DNA of 64,000 nucleotides from positions 10,850,001 to 10,914,000 of the forward strand of contig OU015569.1 of the NCBI GenBank assembly GCA_907165135.1, in the 5' to 3' direction. The position numbers were made by a program, and so were the translations under genes. The DNA comes from Oikopleura dioica. Taxonomy: Eukaryota > Animalia > Chordata. How positions within the stretch are numbered: the stretch's first letter is position 1; each line of letters begins with the position of its first letter. Shown one piece after another: positions 38,263 through 50,957 of this stretch. Under the pieces are notes generated by a model. The model was given only the letters and a program-made list of their open reading frames with translations. It ran no database searches and was not told the DNA's origin.

Positions 38263-41092
38263 ATGGGTGATTTTTTCAACAATATCTTCTGGGTCGTGCT
38301 CGGCGGGGTCCTCTTCTTCTTCTACGAGAATATTCAAATCGACAGGAGGTAAGATTATATGCAAGGCGATAAGTTAAACTTCCGAAAAGTGATACTTTGC
38401 TCAATCATTACACAAGCCCTGCTCTCTAGAGAGAAGAGTAACATTAGTGGAACACCGCGATTGATACGCTTATTAGCGGGCAGCCAGCTCTAGCCTTACA
38501 AGGGCATCCTGCAACTATCGCACGTGTCGATTGCAGCGCCAAAATCAAAGTGAACATGTGTTCACACAGAGCCCTTGAGTGCAGAATTATGCAGCCGTTG
38601 AAACGTTACGTTATTCGTCAAAATAAAACGTGCGATTTCGATAATTCAAAAAGCTAAGTTGACACCCTTAATTCTATTCCGTCGAATTTGCCAGATCATA
38701 ATTGAAGAATTGCCAATTTAAATTTAATCTAAAATTAGTTGAAAAGATAATTCAAATCTCTCTTTTATCTTAATCGCCAAAAAGAAAAAATGGTAAAAAA
38801 TGGTGTTCCATAAATCCGCCGGGCGGTAAATGATTGAGCCTTAAGAAAGGGGAGCGTAGACGGGAATTCCGGAATCGGGCCATCAAAAGGGGCTTGAATG
38901 CGAAAATGCATGCTCCTGTCATAATTCGGACCCTGAACTTAGCCCGCGTGGTGTATAAGCCCGGCGCTCACACGTTAACTGGATTCTAGCGTCTTTCATT
39001 GAGGTCGATTCGGGTTAATACTTTTTTCGATTCAGAGCGGAGTTAGAGGCGGCACATGGATATCACGTGCAGCGCGCTGGCATTGCCAGCTTTCAAGACT
39101 ACATTCAGAAGCAAGAACAGGATAAAGATTTGGCTCAGGGCGACTTTGTATTGCAGGTAAGACTTTTTATGCTGTTCGTTCTGCGTCCTATATTTGCGTG
39201 TTATAGGATCGCCTGTCAGACTGGAGGACGTGGATGAAAAACAAGGATGAAAATGTGCCTCACGAGTTCGCCCAACAACCCGCCGAACGACAATTAACTC
39301 CGATAGAGGGTACTTTTGCTGCTTTATCGCATGTTGTCTTTACTTACTTAAATCCGTATTAGAGGCACAAGCGCGATTACGCGAGCTTGAAGAGTCAGTT
39401 CAAAAAGAAGAGGAGCCGGAAGCGCGAACGCCAGTGCCGATCGTTGATGGCAAGCCGCTCAGCATGAAAGAGATACTTGATCGGCAGGGAATCGAGGTAC
39501 TGGAAATATACAGGAATAGGGACTTGTAAGGAGCTGTTCTATTGAAGGTTGAGGGCGGCAAGGACGAGCCACTTATTCAAGTGCAGAAAGAAGCAGAAAC
39601 AAAAGAAGCAGCTTGGTGGGATCATAGTGACGATAAGAAGGCAACTCAAGAGGCGACTGCTGGAGAAAAACTCCCAAGTATGGACGAGCTATTTGCGACC
39701 GGAACCAAAGAGGATGATACGAATCAAGAAGAAGGAGAAGCTGCTGTTGAGGAAGAGAAGCCAAGTCTCGACGATCTCTTCTCTCAGCCTGCTCCTCAAA
39801 ATACAGAGGAAACTTCTGATTCCAAGCCAGCTTCTCTTGAGTCTCAACAAAAGGAAATCAAGGAAGAAACCGCGCAAGAGGCAAGCCGCCCGCAATCAGC
39901 GCCAACGTCGATATCAGGAGAAGAAGCAATGGACGAACCTCTGCCAAAATTCCTCATCATTGGGTCGACGAAATGCTCCACCTCCGCTTTACTGCGTTTT
40001 TTAAACGCCCATCCTCAATTGCGCAGCCCTGGAGAGACGTATTTCTTTAACAAGGCAAGATTGCGCGTTTTTTTAAATCATCAACTAATAATTTTATAGC
40101 ATTATGATGAAGGAATAGACTACTACAAGTCGTTGTTCGAAAAATTCAACCGTCCAGGAATGGTGCTTTTCGATAAGACGCCGACTTATTACACCTGCGT
40201 CGAGTGCCCTAAGAGGGTCAAGGAGCTCAACCCTGAGATGAAAATTATCATGAGCGGTAAAATTACTAAATTTTAGTTTTAAACTGACACTTTTTCGCAC
40301 GAGATACTAACTCGCCAACGTTCAGTTTGCGATCCAGTTCACAGAATCGTCTCGCGATATTACCACGCGAAGGATATCGGCGGGCCGAGGGTTCTCGAGC
40401 TCGGCGAGAACTTCGAAGACTATCAAAAGAACATAATCCTGGCGGAAAGAAACGCAACGGAAGAATTTAACTCGCTGGAGCTAAATGGACGGGATAGAAC
40501 CACCGCTGTTTTGGAAGATCTTTTTGTAAGTCTTCTTTTTTTTTCCTGGATTTTGAATTACTGACACTTGAAATAGATTCCACGCAAATCGCCCTTCAAG
40601 AAAGCGACTCTTCCTTTTTCCATAACGTTGAATTCGGCCTATGCGATCTACATGCAGTACTGGCTCCGGTACTTTCCAAAGGAGCAACTCTATCTGGTCA
40701 ATGGGAACAGAATGAGTAAGAATCGGACCATTTTCGAATTCTTGGTAAATTCTTTTTTCTCAGGTGGCGAGCCATTTAACGTTCTTGAAGAAATAGAAGA
40801 GTTCCTCGGAGTTGAGAAATTCTTGCTAAAAGAAAAGTTCGTCACAAACGAGAAAACAGGCTTTTATTGCTTCGAAAAGGACCCTGGATTGGAGCCGATA
40901 TGTCTAAGCGACGACAAGGTGAGCGTTATTTTTTCAGTTCAATTTGAAAGTGCTTTCTAGTCGCGTTCGAAACTCGAGGAAGCAGGCACAATCGTCGATG
41001 CAGTTGCCCAAGAGCTGGAGAAATTCTACGCTCCTTTTAATTCCGATCTGCGCAAGATCTGGCCTGACTTCGATGCCCCCTGGATCAAGTGA
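38263..41092 (+). CDS. Heparan-sulfate 3-O-sulfotransferase-like type II Golgi protein with long acidic stem
   Basis: First exon MGDFFNNIFWVVLGGVLFFFY is in phase with later exons. Motifs LPKFLIIGSTKCSTSALLRFL, FDKTPTY, VCDPVHRIVSRY, YMQYWLRYFP, KTGFYC and CLSDDK. One GC-AG intron starts at 40055. Confidence 0.85.
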
Positions 41093-41283
41093 ACAAACAG
41101 ACCCTCTTCCATGGCCCCTAGAATTGCTCATTGTCCTTACGAAAAAAAATACTAAATTACTGCCAACTGAAAATACTCTCTTGCATTTACTTCAAACCTT
41201 TCACATCTGCGTATTATTGAACATTGATAAACTGAGCGCGAAATGATATTATACAATAAAAAATAAAATATATAGAAAACAGT

Positions 41284-41453
41284 CGGTACTGAAAATGGCA
41301 CGAATGTCACGAATGTCACTAAGGTCACGAATGTCACGATTTTGCTAAAAATGTCACGAAAAAAGAAGCATGTTTTCGTGACACTCGTGACACTCGTGAC
41401 ACTCGTGACATTCGTGTCATTCGTGACATTCGTGAACTTTTCAGCAGTATCGA
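41284..41453. repeat. Interspersed element of 9-bp units, copy 2 (inverted relative to 31893), flanked by a 10-bp direct repeat
   Basis: agaaaacagt at 41274-41283 and 41454-41463; internal aatgtcacg / cgtgaca(c/t)t arrays. Confidence 0.8.
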
Positions 41454-43814
41454 AGAAAACAGTGGCAATTTTTGACTGTAGCTGGAAAATAAGGCTTTGA
41501 AAATCTTTCCTTTCAATATTTTGATCGTCGAGCGCGATATGATCAGGCACGCTAAATGTGCAGATTTGCGCGCAGTCGTCGGGTCCGTGTTGGTCTGGAT
41601 GGACACGGGCCCGCCCGGCGACCAACCGGTCTCGGGTTCGAATCGTCACAGGTGAGTGTCGTCCGAGCTGAGCCGTATACTCAGCTCGAACTCTGAAAGT
41701 CGATTACTACAAACAAAAACCAGCTCAACGGCGATGCCCACCGCAGAAGCCGACGAGTGAGGTTCTTCAGGCGCAAGACATGGCCTGGAGTTTTTGTCAA
41801 AAATTTTCAATGAAGAGCTCTCTTGAGTGAATGGAGCATAAAAATAGTGCTGCGGTTTCATTTGTTGTTATGATTTTCTATGTGAGAAAGTATTTGTTGT
41901 AGCAGCGTTAAAACATTCCGATTCAAGTGATTTACGCGCGTTTCCATGAAAAACTCTAGGGACCTGGGCGCCAACAGCTCGAATTTTTTGTGTAATAAAA
42001 AATTTTTCACCGCTTTATAGCGTCGTATACGTCAGTGCGTCACGATTTTGGACCGTCTTCTATTCCAACCGCAGAACATGGAATGCTCAATGCTGCTTTG
42101 GCTTCTATTCATTCAATGAATGAATATATTATTATCATTGAGGTTTTATACAAGCTGTTCTTACAGTTGATCTGAGCGGTGCAGATTCTTTTCTGGAATT
42201 CGCGCCGCTGGAGAATGTGTCCTCGGAAGATTGGCAAAGTAGAAGAATGGGTAAATTCATAATAATAGTTCGCCCTTCTTTCAACGCACCGTTCTTTCTT
42301 CCTTTCATTAATCGGGATTATCTTACAGTCATTAGCTTGGATACACGGCTGTCGGCTTTGATTAGAGAAGCAAGTCGAGCATTAGTCATTTTAGCTTCTC
42401 GAATTTTCCAAGGACGAATGCGACCTTGGAAGGTCACTTCTATTTTCGAAAATTCAGTGTCGAAATTAGCAATATTTTATTTGTTGAATTTAACGATTAA
42501 TATTTCAAATATTATATTTGCGAACTTGAAATAACTAAACTAAATAACGCGATGAGGAAAATCAACGGAAGTTTTACGCAAAGTTTTTCTCTGAGCATAA
42601 TTTCCATCGAACTTGGCAGGAAAGATAGCGCGTCAGGAGAAGCACCTGCTCAAAGACATGAAAACTCACACTGCTTCAATGTTTCAAATCTGCCCCAAAT
42701 TGACGCATAATCTGCCGCCTTACAAGTGGAAACTGCCACCGGGGAATGCAGCTTCCAACTTGGCTAGAACTTGTTGGAATTATTTTTCCAAATAAGTGGC
42801 CGATTGTTTTTCTTGCTCTGAGAAAAGAGAGACTAGTCTTCTATTAGACCGTAGACCGTCTAAAGATAAATCAGCATCGACGGATTTTCAAGCTTCATCT
42901 TCAATTTTGATAATTCTATTTTCCAGACAGCAGTTTTCCGGCTAGCATTTTAGACAATTAAATCACTCTCCGAATTAAAGAGAGAATTTAATAATCTAAT
43001 CGACAATTCGCTTTGCTTATCATTTTTTTCTGAAAAGTTTAACCTCACGACGCATTAAAAACCAAAAATATGGTGTTTTTTAAAATTTCCATTTTTCGAA
43101 GGGGTGGTCCTTAAAATCAAGTCTATTTTGATTATTTTATTTTTCAAGAAAAATAGCCAAATATCCATTTCAATCTGCAAGAAATGTTGGCTACTGTAAA
43201 TATTTATTTTCAAAAGTCGTAAAAATAATATTTCGAAAAAGGTAGAGTTGGCCTGGCGTTCCAGGTTAATCTTGTCTAAACTTGTGAGGTAAGCTTCTAA
43301 ATAGAGATTAGGAGTCTCTTTTTGTTGGTTCGTTTTGTGGTTTCTTTTTTCTGAGGAATGAATGAATGGAAAAGTACATATCAGAAGGAGTTCAGTTATT
43401 ATTCAGCGAGGGAACAATCCCAGTACGTTACATTCTTCTGTGACGCCTTCTTTTGCTCCGCGTGCCCAAACTTCTCGAGAGCGCCCCCTTCTACCCTCCG
43501 ATAAAAACTCTTTCCCCTAGATTCTCATCACAGAATTTGAATCCGATACTTGACAAGAAACTGCAAATACATTAAAAAAAATTTAACCCAGAAGAAGGAA
43601 AAAAAGAAGAAAAAAAAAGAAGAATACCTTCGAGAGAACTAATTTCCAATTTACTTGCTAAAGGTACATTTCTTAATATCATATTGGACATTCGAACGAG
43701 CAATCAATTGAGCACCCAATTTTTATAGTCCGATTACTGTAGGTTAGCGGTTAACAAAATTGCTTGGCAACTCCTATTTTCTGTAGATTTTCTTCTGGAC
43801 CTAGTTTTAAACCG

Positions 43815-43922
43815 ATTTTTAAGGGTGTTACAGTAATAATTGAGGGTGTCTGACTGGGGCAAAAGAAAGCCCGGGTTAGGGCAAGGGTTTTCTCCAGAGC
43901 TTGAGGAGACACCCTTAAAAAT
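43815..43922. repeat. Small inverted-repeat element around a GGGTTAGGG motif
   Basis: 14-bp IR atttttaagggtgt / acacccttaaaaat; gggttagggcaaggg at ~43873-43887. Confidence 0.5.
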
Positions 43923-44325
43923 TGATTTGAAAAATAGGCCCAGAAAAAAATATACAGAAAATAGGAGCAGCAAAATTGCTTCGATTTTTTTATACGGGTA
44001 GAAAGAAAATACGAGAGTTTTAAGTTAAAATTTTTAACATAAGCCTAACCCTAACCCTAACGATTGATTTCAATCATCCAAAAAATGGTAGAATATTCTA
44101 GCGGCATTTTTTTTGCAATTTAGATTCGTGTGAGTAATCAACGATAAATTATCGTTATCATTATAATCATGTCTTAGTCGTTACGTATTTTAATTGCCGT
44201 CATAATTAGCAGTGCTCAGGAGAGAGAAAAATGCCAAATGTCGATTCACATAAACGTGGTTTCTACTACGACTAAACTTCAGACCTGGGCTCTTGATTAA
44301 ACATTTAGCTTCAGAAACAAAAAAG

Positions 44326-45454
44326 ATGAGAGTTTTATTGAAACTGTGCGTTCTTGCCTCAGTCATCTCCGCCTCCGAGTGGCAAAAGTACTGCGTGGAT
44401 ACAGTCTGCAATCGCTGCAGGTCGTACCTCGTCCGAACCATGGATGGTAAGCAAAAACTCACACTTGCTCTATTTATTCCAAATTCTATTCAGAAAACGC
44501 AAAGCACTACAGACGATGCTTGGCAATCACAATCAATCCCGAGTGCTGCCAGTTCGAGACCAATCTCCATTTCAACGTATTCCCGGTAAATATCGTAGCA
44601 GCACGTACTAACATTCGAATCAATAGAACCTGCGCGTGTTTCCGGTGAGACTTCTTTTCACTTTCAACAAAAAAAAAAAACTGAGTCGGGCGCACAAAAA
44701 TTTTTATTGAAGCAAAAAAAAATATTGATTACAGCACATTTTAGGCTTCATATTTTGGCAAAACCTCGCCCTAACCCTAACCCTAAGCTTGTCAAAATAT
44801 GAGGCCTGCGGTGAAATATTAAACTTACTTTCTCTTAGTAATACTGTTTAATTACAGGTTACGAATCCCGCTTGTCGCGATGAAGAACCAGACTCAAAGC
44901 TCAAACTCTCGAAAATGACGCAAAGCGAGAACTGCACCGAACATACACTTACCTTGAAGCCGAATGAGACCGATTCGGAGTCAAACCAGTTGGACGACTT
45001 TTTGAAGGACTTCGACGAAGAAGTAAAGAACTCAACAAAGTTCCAAGAAGAGTTGAACAAGATCCAGCAGCAAAAGTACGGAATCACCATCAACAGTAAA
45101 AAGTGCGAGATCATACTGAACGAGTACAAGACTTGCAAAGAGATCCGATCCGATCAAACTTACAACAACACCATCCACGGTTAGAGACCTGTCCAGAGAA
45201 TCGTTGTTGGTAAAGTAACTGTATTTTCAGTAAGCAAGTACGTTATCATTTCGCTCTGCTCCTGCGCCTTTGGAATCGCGCTTGTGCACTTCTGGAGATG
45301 GTCAAAATCAGACACAATGCGACGACAAAGCAATTTCGTCGAGCGGCAACGATCACAAGTCCAGAGTCCTCAACTAGCTCATTCCGCAACCCTCACTTCT
45401 GTTGATGTTCGATTCTCTCCTTCAGAAAAAGATTCACTTACCAAGCATGTATGA
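44326..45454 (+). CDS. Type I single-pass membrane protein with N-terminal six-Cys motif
   Basis: Signal MRVLLKLCVLASVISA; YCVDTVCNRC...RRCLAITINPECC; TM YVIISLCSCAFGIALVHFW; four in-phase GT-AG exons. Confidence 0.65.
44743..44807. repeat. 65-bp hairpin element with a (CCCTAA)3 loop, intronic
   Basis: 19-bp arms aggcttcatattttggcaa / ttgtcaaaatatgaggcct (2 mismatches); the loop contains ccctaaccctaaccctaa. Confidence 0.7.
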
Positions 45455-45906
45455 CGCCAAAAATGAAAGAAAAAGAAAGAAGAAACGAATATAAAGATAA
45501 AAAACACTCTGCTTCATGTAAATAAATATTCCCACTGAAATTTTTCTTCTATCGTCTTTTTATGTGCCAAACTGCAGAGAACATCAACGAAAATTTTCAA
45601 GTACCAAAATGATTGAATATACGGTATATTATATACCCGCTTTTTCAAAATATACGGCATTTTTGAGGGCGAGACTAATGCTGAGTTTCTGGCTCAAATA
45701 AGATTATTATCGGTGCGACTTGAATTGAAAGTGTTAATTTAAAGAGAAATCTCTTCATTTTGAAGATCAATAATGGAGAGTCGAGAAATTAAACCGTAGA
45801 TAAATGGTTATTATTGAGATATTAAATATGTGATATTAGAGATGCTGCTACCATCGTTAAGCTCGAAATCGTTTCTGAGCAAGAAGAGTGTCCAACCACT
45901 CAAGGA

Positions 45907-46867
45907 ATGAATTTAGAACAGAAGATGGCTATTTCTTCAGTAAGTTAACAATTTTACTTTTCGAACGATTTGATTTTAGTTTTTACTCGATGAGAGTAAC
46001 CGCGAAAAGCATACGACGGAGAAAAAACAGGAAGAACTCAGTGAAGGAGATCCTCAGAAGATCCTACTTGAGTGTGAAACAGTACTAAAGTTGACTATCT
46101 TTTTAGTGATAATTTGTCTTAGTTGAGAAAGACTGTCGATGCAAAGAATGCCGAGCTCCGGAGCAATGAAAATCAGCTTCTTGAACTCAAAGTTTTTTTT
46201 TGTCGTCAAATAATTATCCTATTTGAGAATTCTTTTCAGGGTCAAACCGTAGCGCTGAAGGCACACATCGCCAAACTCGAAGAGGACAAAAAAGTTCTTG
46301 AGGAAAATTGTTCTGATAATTCGGTAAACTAACAAATTTAATTTCAAAAGTTTGGATTATCATTCCTAGTTGAGCAAAATGATTCTGGGCACTCTCCAGC
46401 CAATAATAAAAGAGTTAGAATGCAAGGTCAAGCGTGTTCTGGCGATTTCTGGTAAGTATCGTGAAGAAAACAAAGAGCTGAGGGAAGAACTTGCACAAGA
46501 TACCACGAAGGCGGAAATGAAAAAGATGAAAAAGATGTTCCAAACAAAGATTAAGCATCTTAACGAACGGCTCGAGGAGGAAATGCATGCACGACAGTCC
46601 GCGGTCGAGGCGCAAAAGAAACTGCAGGCGGAGATGGACATAGAGTTACAAAAGTCGAAAGAAGGCAAATTCCGCCTCAGGAAAATCGCTCAGCAAAATG
46701 TCCTTGCGCTCAAGAAGCAGCTCGACAAAGAGAAAGCCAAAGCTGGTGATATCACGATTTCTTCATCTGTCACCATGGTCGCAGACTCTAACCAACTGGA
46801 CCGGCTAGCTGTGCCCAGAAAACGTAAGCGCTTGTTCAATAAAAGTTATATTTGTGAAGATTCGTGA
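45907..46867 (+). CDS. Coiled-coil protein of unknown family; some junctions and the 3' end uncertain
   Basis: Short exons join to the 46370-46867 ORF, rich in E/K/L/Q heptads. Confidence 0.55.
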
Positions 46868-47315
46868 CTATGTTATGATATTTATTCACTCGTGCAAAAA
46901 ACATTCCGCAACTGCTTATTTAAGGACCGTTAGAAGTTCTCTCCACGAACGAAAGCAAGAAGAGTAAGTGCACTGAGGTAAGCTTTATTTATATATTCAT
47001 ATAATAAAATCTAGGATGGAGCCACCAGATAGATTTCTTCTTGTTTTCAATTAAGTTCAATTATATTTGTCTTCTTTTCTAAAATTGAAATACAAAAACA
47101 ACCACAATTTACTTCAGTAAACGTTGATCTTTGACCAATTTTTTAGACTTTAGCAGTTAGGGTTTAGATTAATGAATTGCAAGTTTAAAAATTTCATTCA
47201 CGCTGCATTTTTTCGAGTACTTTGACAAGCCCCGCGGGTTCGAGAGTGCCGTTCTAATTCTTCCTTCGCGTAACTTCTGGTTACGTTGAAAACATTCAAG
47301 AGAAAACAATTTTCA

Positions 47316-49518
47316 ATGAAATTGATCAAGTCGCTTTTAGTGGCTCGGCTCGCCGCAGACTCTTGCTCGGACGTAATCAGCAATTGCGCAGATTTGCTGC
47401 AGAGAGCCGACGAGGATCAGAAAGAAATTCTATGCTCCGTTTCCTGTCAACAATCCTGCGCTAGATGCGGTACAGAAACGATCGGCATTGACCCGACGCT
47501 GACGAAATGCCAGGCCAATGCACAGACTGACAAAAACGTCAAATGCACTGAAAGTGGATTATTCGAAAAGACGCAGTGCTCGGTGCTCAATAGCGTCATG
47601 CAAATTCACATCTGTAGATGCGTTGACGAAATCTCCGGAGAAGATATTCCCCTTACCGAAAAGCCCGTTATTGGTTTGTTATAATCACAAATACTGAAAT
47701 ACTGAAATACAATCTTAGGTGAGGCGAAAATGGATTGTGGTAAGGTGGAAGATAAAGAAGAAGACCTCGAAAGTTTTGGTTAAAAAAAAGAGCCCAAAGA
47801 GTATTTTTTCAATCTGCGATAAGCCATTTCAACCATAAAAAAGCGAATACATAGAACCGGAAGAAAATATCATCCCACGTCTTTACAAGCCTTCTCAAGT
47901 CTACAGCTCGACAAGCATCCGCCCCTGCGAGAAAGAACTTGCGCTAATCGGAAAAGACGGTTTTAAACCATCTTGCTCAAATGATGGAAAATTTAAAGCG
48001 ATGCAGTGCATGAATACAAGGAACTGTTTTCTATTTCATTTTTTATTTCTTAAATTTTTAAAAACAGTGCTGAAGTTGCTTCTGCGTAGACAAAAAGACA
48101 GGAGTTGAAATAGATGGCTCAAGAGGCTCTTTTCCAACCTGTGATGACTCAGATGATTCCGAAGACTCTGAAGATGAAATGGAGCAGCAGCCAGCTGTCA
48201 CTCCAAAGAACTGCCTTCGAATAAAAGAAGAAGCACTTGTCTTCAATAAAAAAGTGTCGGATGCTGGACCATTTGCCTCGTCCTTCGCTGATCTAAAATT
48301 TGTCCCAAGCTGCAACGGGGATGGATCGTACAAAGCTCTCCAGTGTGATGAAAAAGCAAAGAGCTGTTGGTGTGCGGATGCGATGGGCGTAGAAGTCCAC
48401 GGAACGAGAAAGGCAACAGGAGGTGTTTTTAAATCTGCCCCTCCAGATTGTTCCGCACAAGCGCAAGTCATGAAAGAGTTCGTCAATACTCCGCCTTGTG
48501 AGAGGATCAAGAGCCAGGGAATGCAACAGAATCTTGCCTGCGACAGAAAGGGTTACTTTGAAGAAGTACAGGTCCGAACCGATGAGAGCGGCAATGAAGT
48601 CAAATACTGTGTCGATCCTGAAACTGGTTATCCAAGAGTAAGTCACCAAAAGTAAATTCATGAGTTCATTCATCTTTCAAAAGGAAAATTACAATTTTAA
48701 CTTGGCAACGCGAGAATGTCTTTATCGACCGCCAAAAGCAGCTGTTGGTCCAACAAGAAGTCCTGCCGAGTTTATGGCCATGCTAGGGATTGAAGACGAT
48801 TCAAGCTTTGCCCAGACGGCTTCAGAAGCTCCAGCGGCTCCAGCGGCTGTAGCATCGCCAATGGACAATCTTCGACAACAACTTTTGTCGAAATACGGAT
48901 TGGACGGTGGTGCTTCAGGCGTAGCAGCATCTGGAGCAACCAATACTCAAGATATGATCCGTAATTTGGTGATGCAAAAACTCACCGGAGGAAGCGCTGG
49001 AAGTGACGCAGGTTCAAGTCCTCTTGCCGGACTTGCGCAACAAATGCTCGCACAGTCGAGTGGCGGAGCTTCTTCCGGTGGATCGTCGATTCAACAGATG
49101 CTTGCGCAGAAAATACTTGGAAACCAAGCACAGGAAGCTTCGCAGCCACAGATGATGGGTGGCATGACGGCGGATAATGTTCAGGGAATGTATCGAAAAC
49201 TACTGATGCAGAAGCTCGCTGGGGAAAACTCTGCGGTAAGTTGGATAATTTTTTATCAAGAACTTAAAAAGGGTCTTTCACAAATAGGCGCCAAATGACT
49301 TGGCAAACCAAGTGGCTCAGTACAGTGCTCAAGCTGGCACAAGTGGTCTTCTATCCAACCCTCTTTACCAGCAACTGTTGAACAAAGATGTGCGACTCAG
49401 TCAACTCGCCCAAGCATTTAATCCTTCTCAAACTGGTTCTTCGGTGGCCGACTTGCTCAGTCCCGAACAAAACGCGAAGGCTAAGCAAATGATGCAACTC
49501 ATCAACCAGCTCGGTTAA
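47316..49518 (+). CDS. Secreted protein: ShK-like domain, four thyroglobulin type-1 repeats, Gly/Ala/Ser/Gln-rich tail
   Basis: CSDVISNC...CSVSCQQSCARC; QC...CRCVD, QC..SCFCVDK, QCDEKAKSCWCAD and YCVDP TY motifs. One GA-AG intron (48021-48075). Confidence 0.8.
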
Positions 49519-50231
49519 CGCCGAAACGCAGGGCGACCAATTAATTGGTACAAGGCCCTTTAATGCCTCATAACTCAACTTTTACTTAACGCTAGAAAAA
49601 AATGAACCCCCACTTATGGAGCTACTTTTTATCGAGGAATTCGATTCCGGTGTCAAAAAAATTTTTTTTTTGAAAATTTTTGATTTTAGCTATTGAACGA
49701 AATTTTGAACTCGGATACTTTTTAAGTCTTTGAACAATAAATCGCCATTACGTCGTCATTCGACACATTTGGAAATACGCATATTTACTCATATTTATGT
49801 TATGATATGGATATAATATGGGGATGAAATTGAAGCTAAGCGTCTGAGAATTATTTATCTCTATCATTTATTCAGTAGACGTATCAGCTTCATGGTTAAA
49901 AAGGGGTAAAAGGGGCATACCAATTAATTGGTACGATCTGCGTTCAACCTTGAAAAAAATTTTATGCGTTCCGGCGTTAAATCGCTCTTTTTTCTTTTTC
50001 GCCGAATTTATTCAATAAATATACAAATTGACACGAACTACAGATCGTTTCTAATTGATTCTACTGGTATTTGCAGTAATTTCTTTGTACGTCGGCAGCT
50101 CAATAAATCAAAAGTGATATTTGCGCGGCTCTTGTCTTTCTCCATGGAAATGAATAGTTTATGGTCCCACGCGACAGATTCAGATTTTCGAAAAGAATCT
50201 TTCATTATTTCGCTTTTGACCATTTTGGATT

Positions 50232-50957
50232 ATGAGCGCAGCGGTTAAATCGACATTCGAGGCATTCGCTCTCCAAGTATGTATTTTCCTCCTTGATTTC
50301 AAGAGAAAGAAATTGCAAATTTGTCATTTTAGGGAACAACTGCCACTCAGGCCAAGAGCGCAAATGAGATCAACAATAAGAACTTTTCGAAATTGTGCAA
50401 AGATTGCAAAGTGATTGGGCAAAAATGCACGTCCACCGATGTCGATATTGTCTTCAGCAAAGTCAAGTTTGTGCTTTCCTTTAAATTCTATCCCTCGAAT
50501 AACCGACTTCAGGACCAAGGGAGCGCAGAAAATGACTTTCGATCAGTTCTGCCAAGCTTTGAAAGAGCTCTCACCGAAAAGATTTCCAAAGAAAACGAAA
50601 GAGGAAGCCGAGGAGGCAATCTTCAAGCTTGTTGAGGATAAAACACCTGGCACGAATGCTACCACTGTATGTTCTTATTAATAGCGTTGTTCTAATAAGG
50701 CACTAGAAAACAACAAACACAAAGAACGTTGACCGAATGACTGACGCGTCAAAGTACACTGGAGCCCATAAAGCTCGATTTGACGCTGAGACAGGAAACG
50801 GTTAAAATGAGTATCAATGGGTATCTTCCTGAATAGGCACATTTTAAATCGATTAATAGGCAAAGGAAAAGGGATTGAAGGACGAAAAGACATCGACAAA
50901 AACACGGGCTACGTTGGTGCCTACAAGGGCGATGGAACCTATGACAAAACACATTAA
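50232..50957 (+). CDS. TPPP: Tubulin polymerization-promoting protein (p25-alpha family)
   Basis: [55 protein letters not shown] and [11 protein letters not shown]. Confidence 0.93.

Noticed and set aside
41450-43500. Possible minus-strand gene fragments (e.g. EFSKIEVTFQGRIRPWKIRE...)
   Set aside because: Could not be joined into a supported model or assigned to a family.
50795-50859. GA-AG intron in TPPP
   Set aside because: A canonical GT donor at 50801 is also in frame (adds two residues), so the case cannot be decided from sequence.
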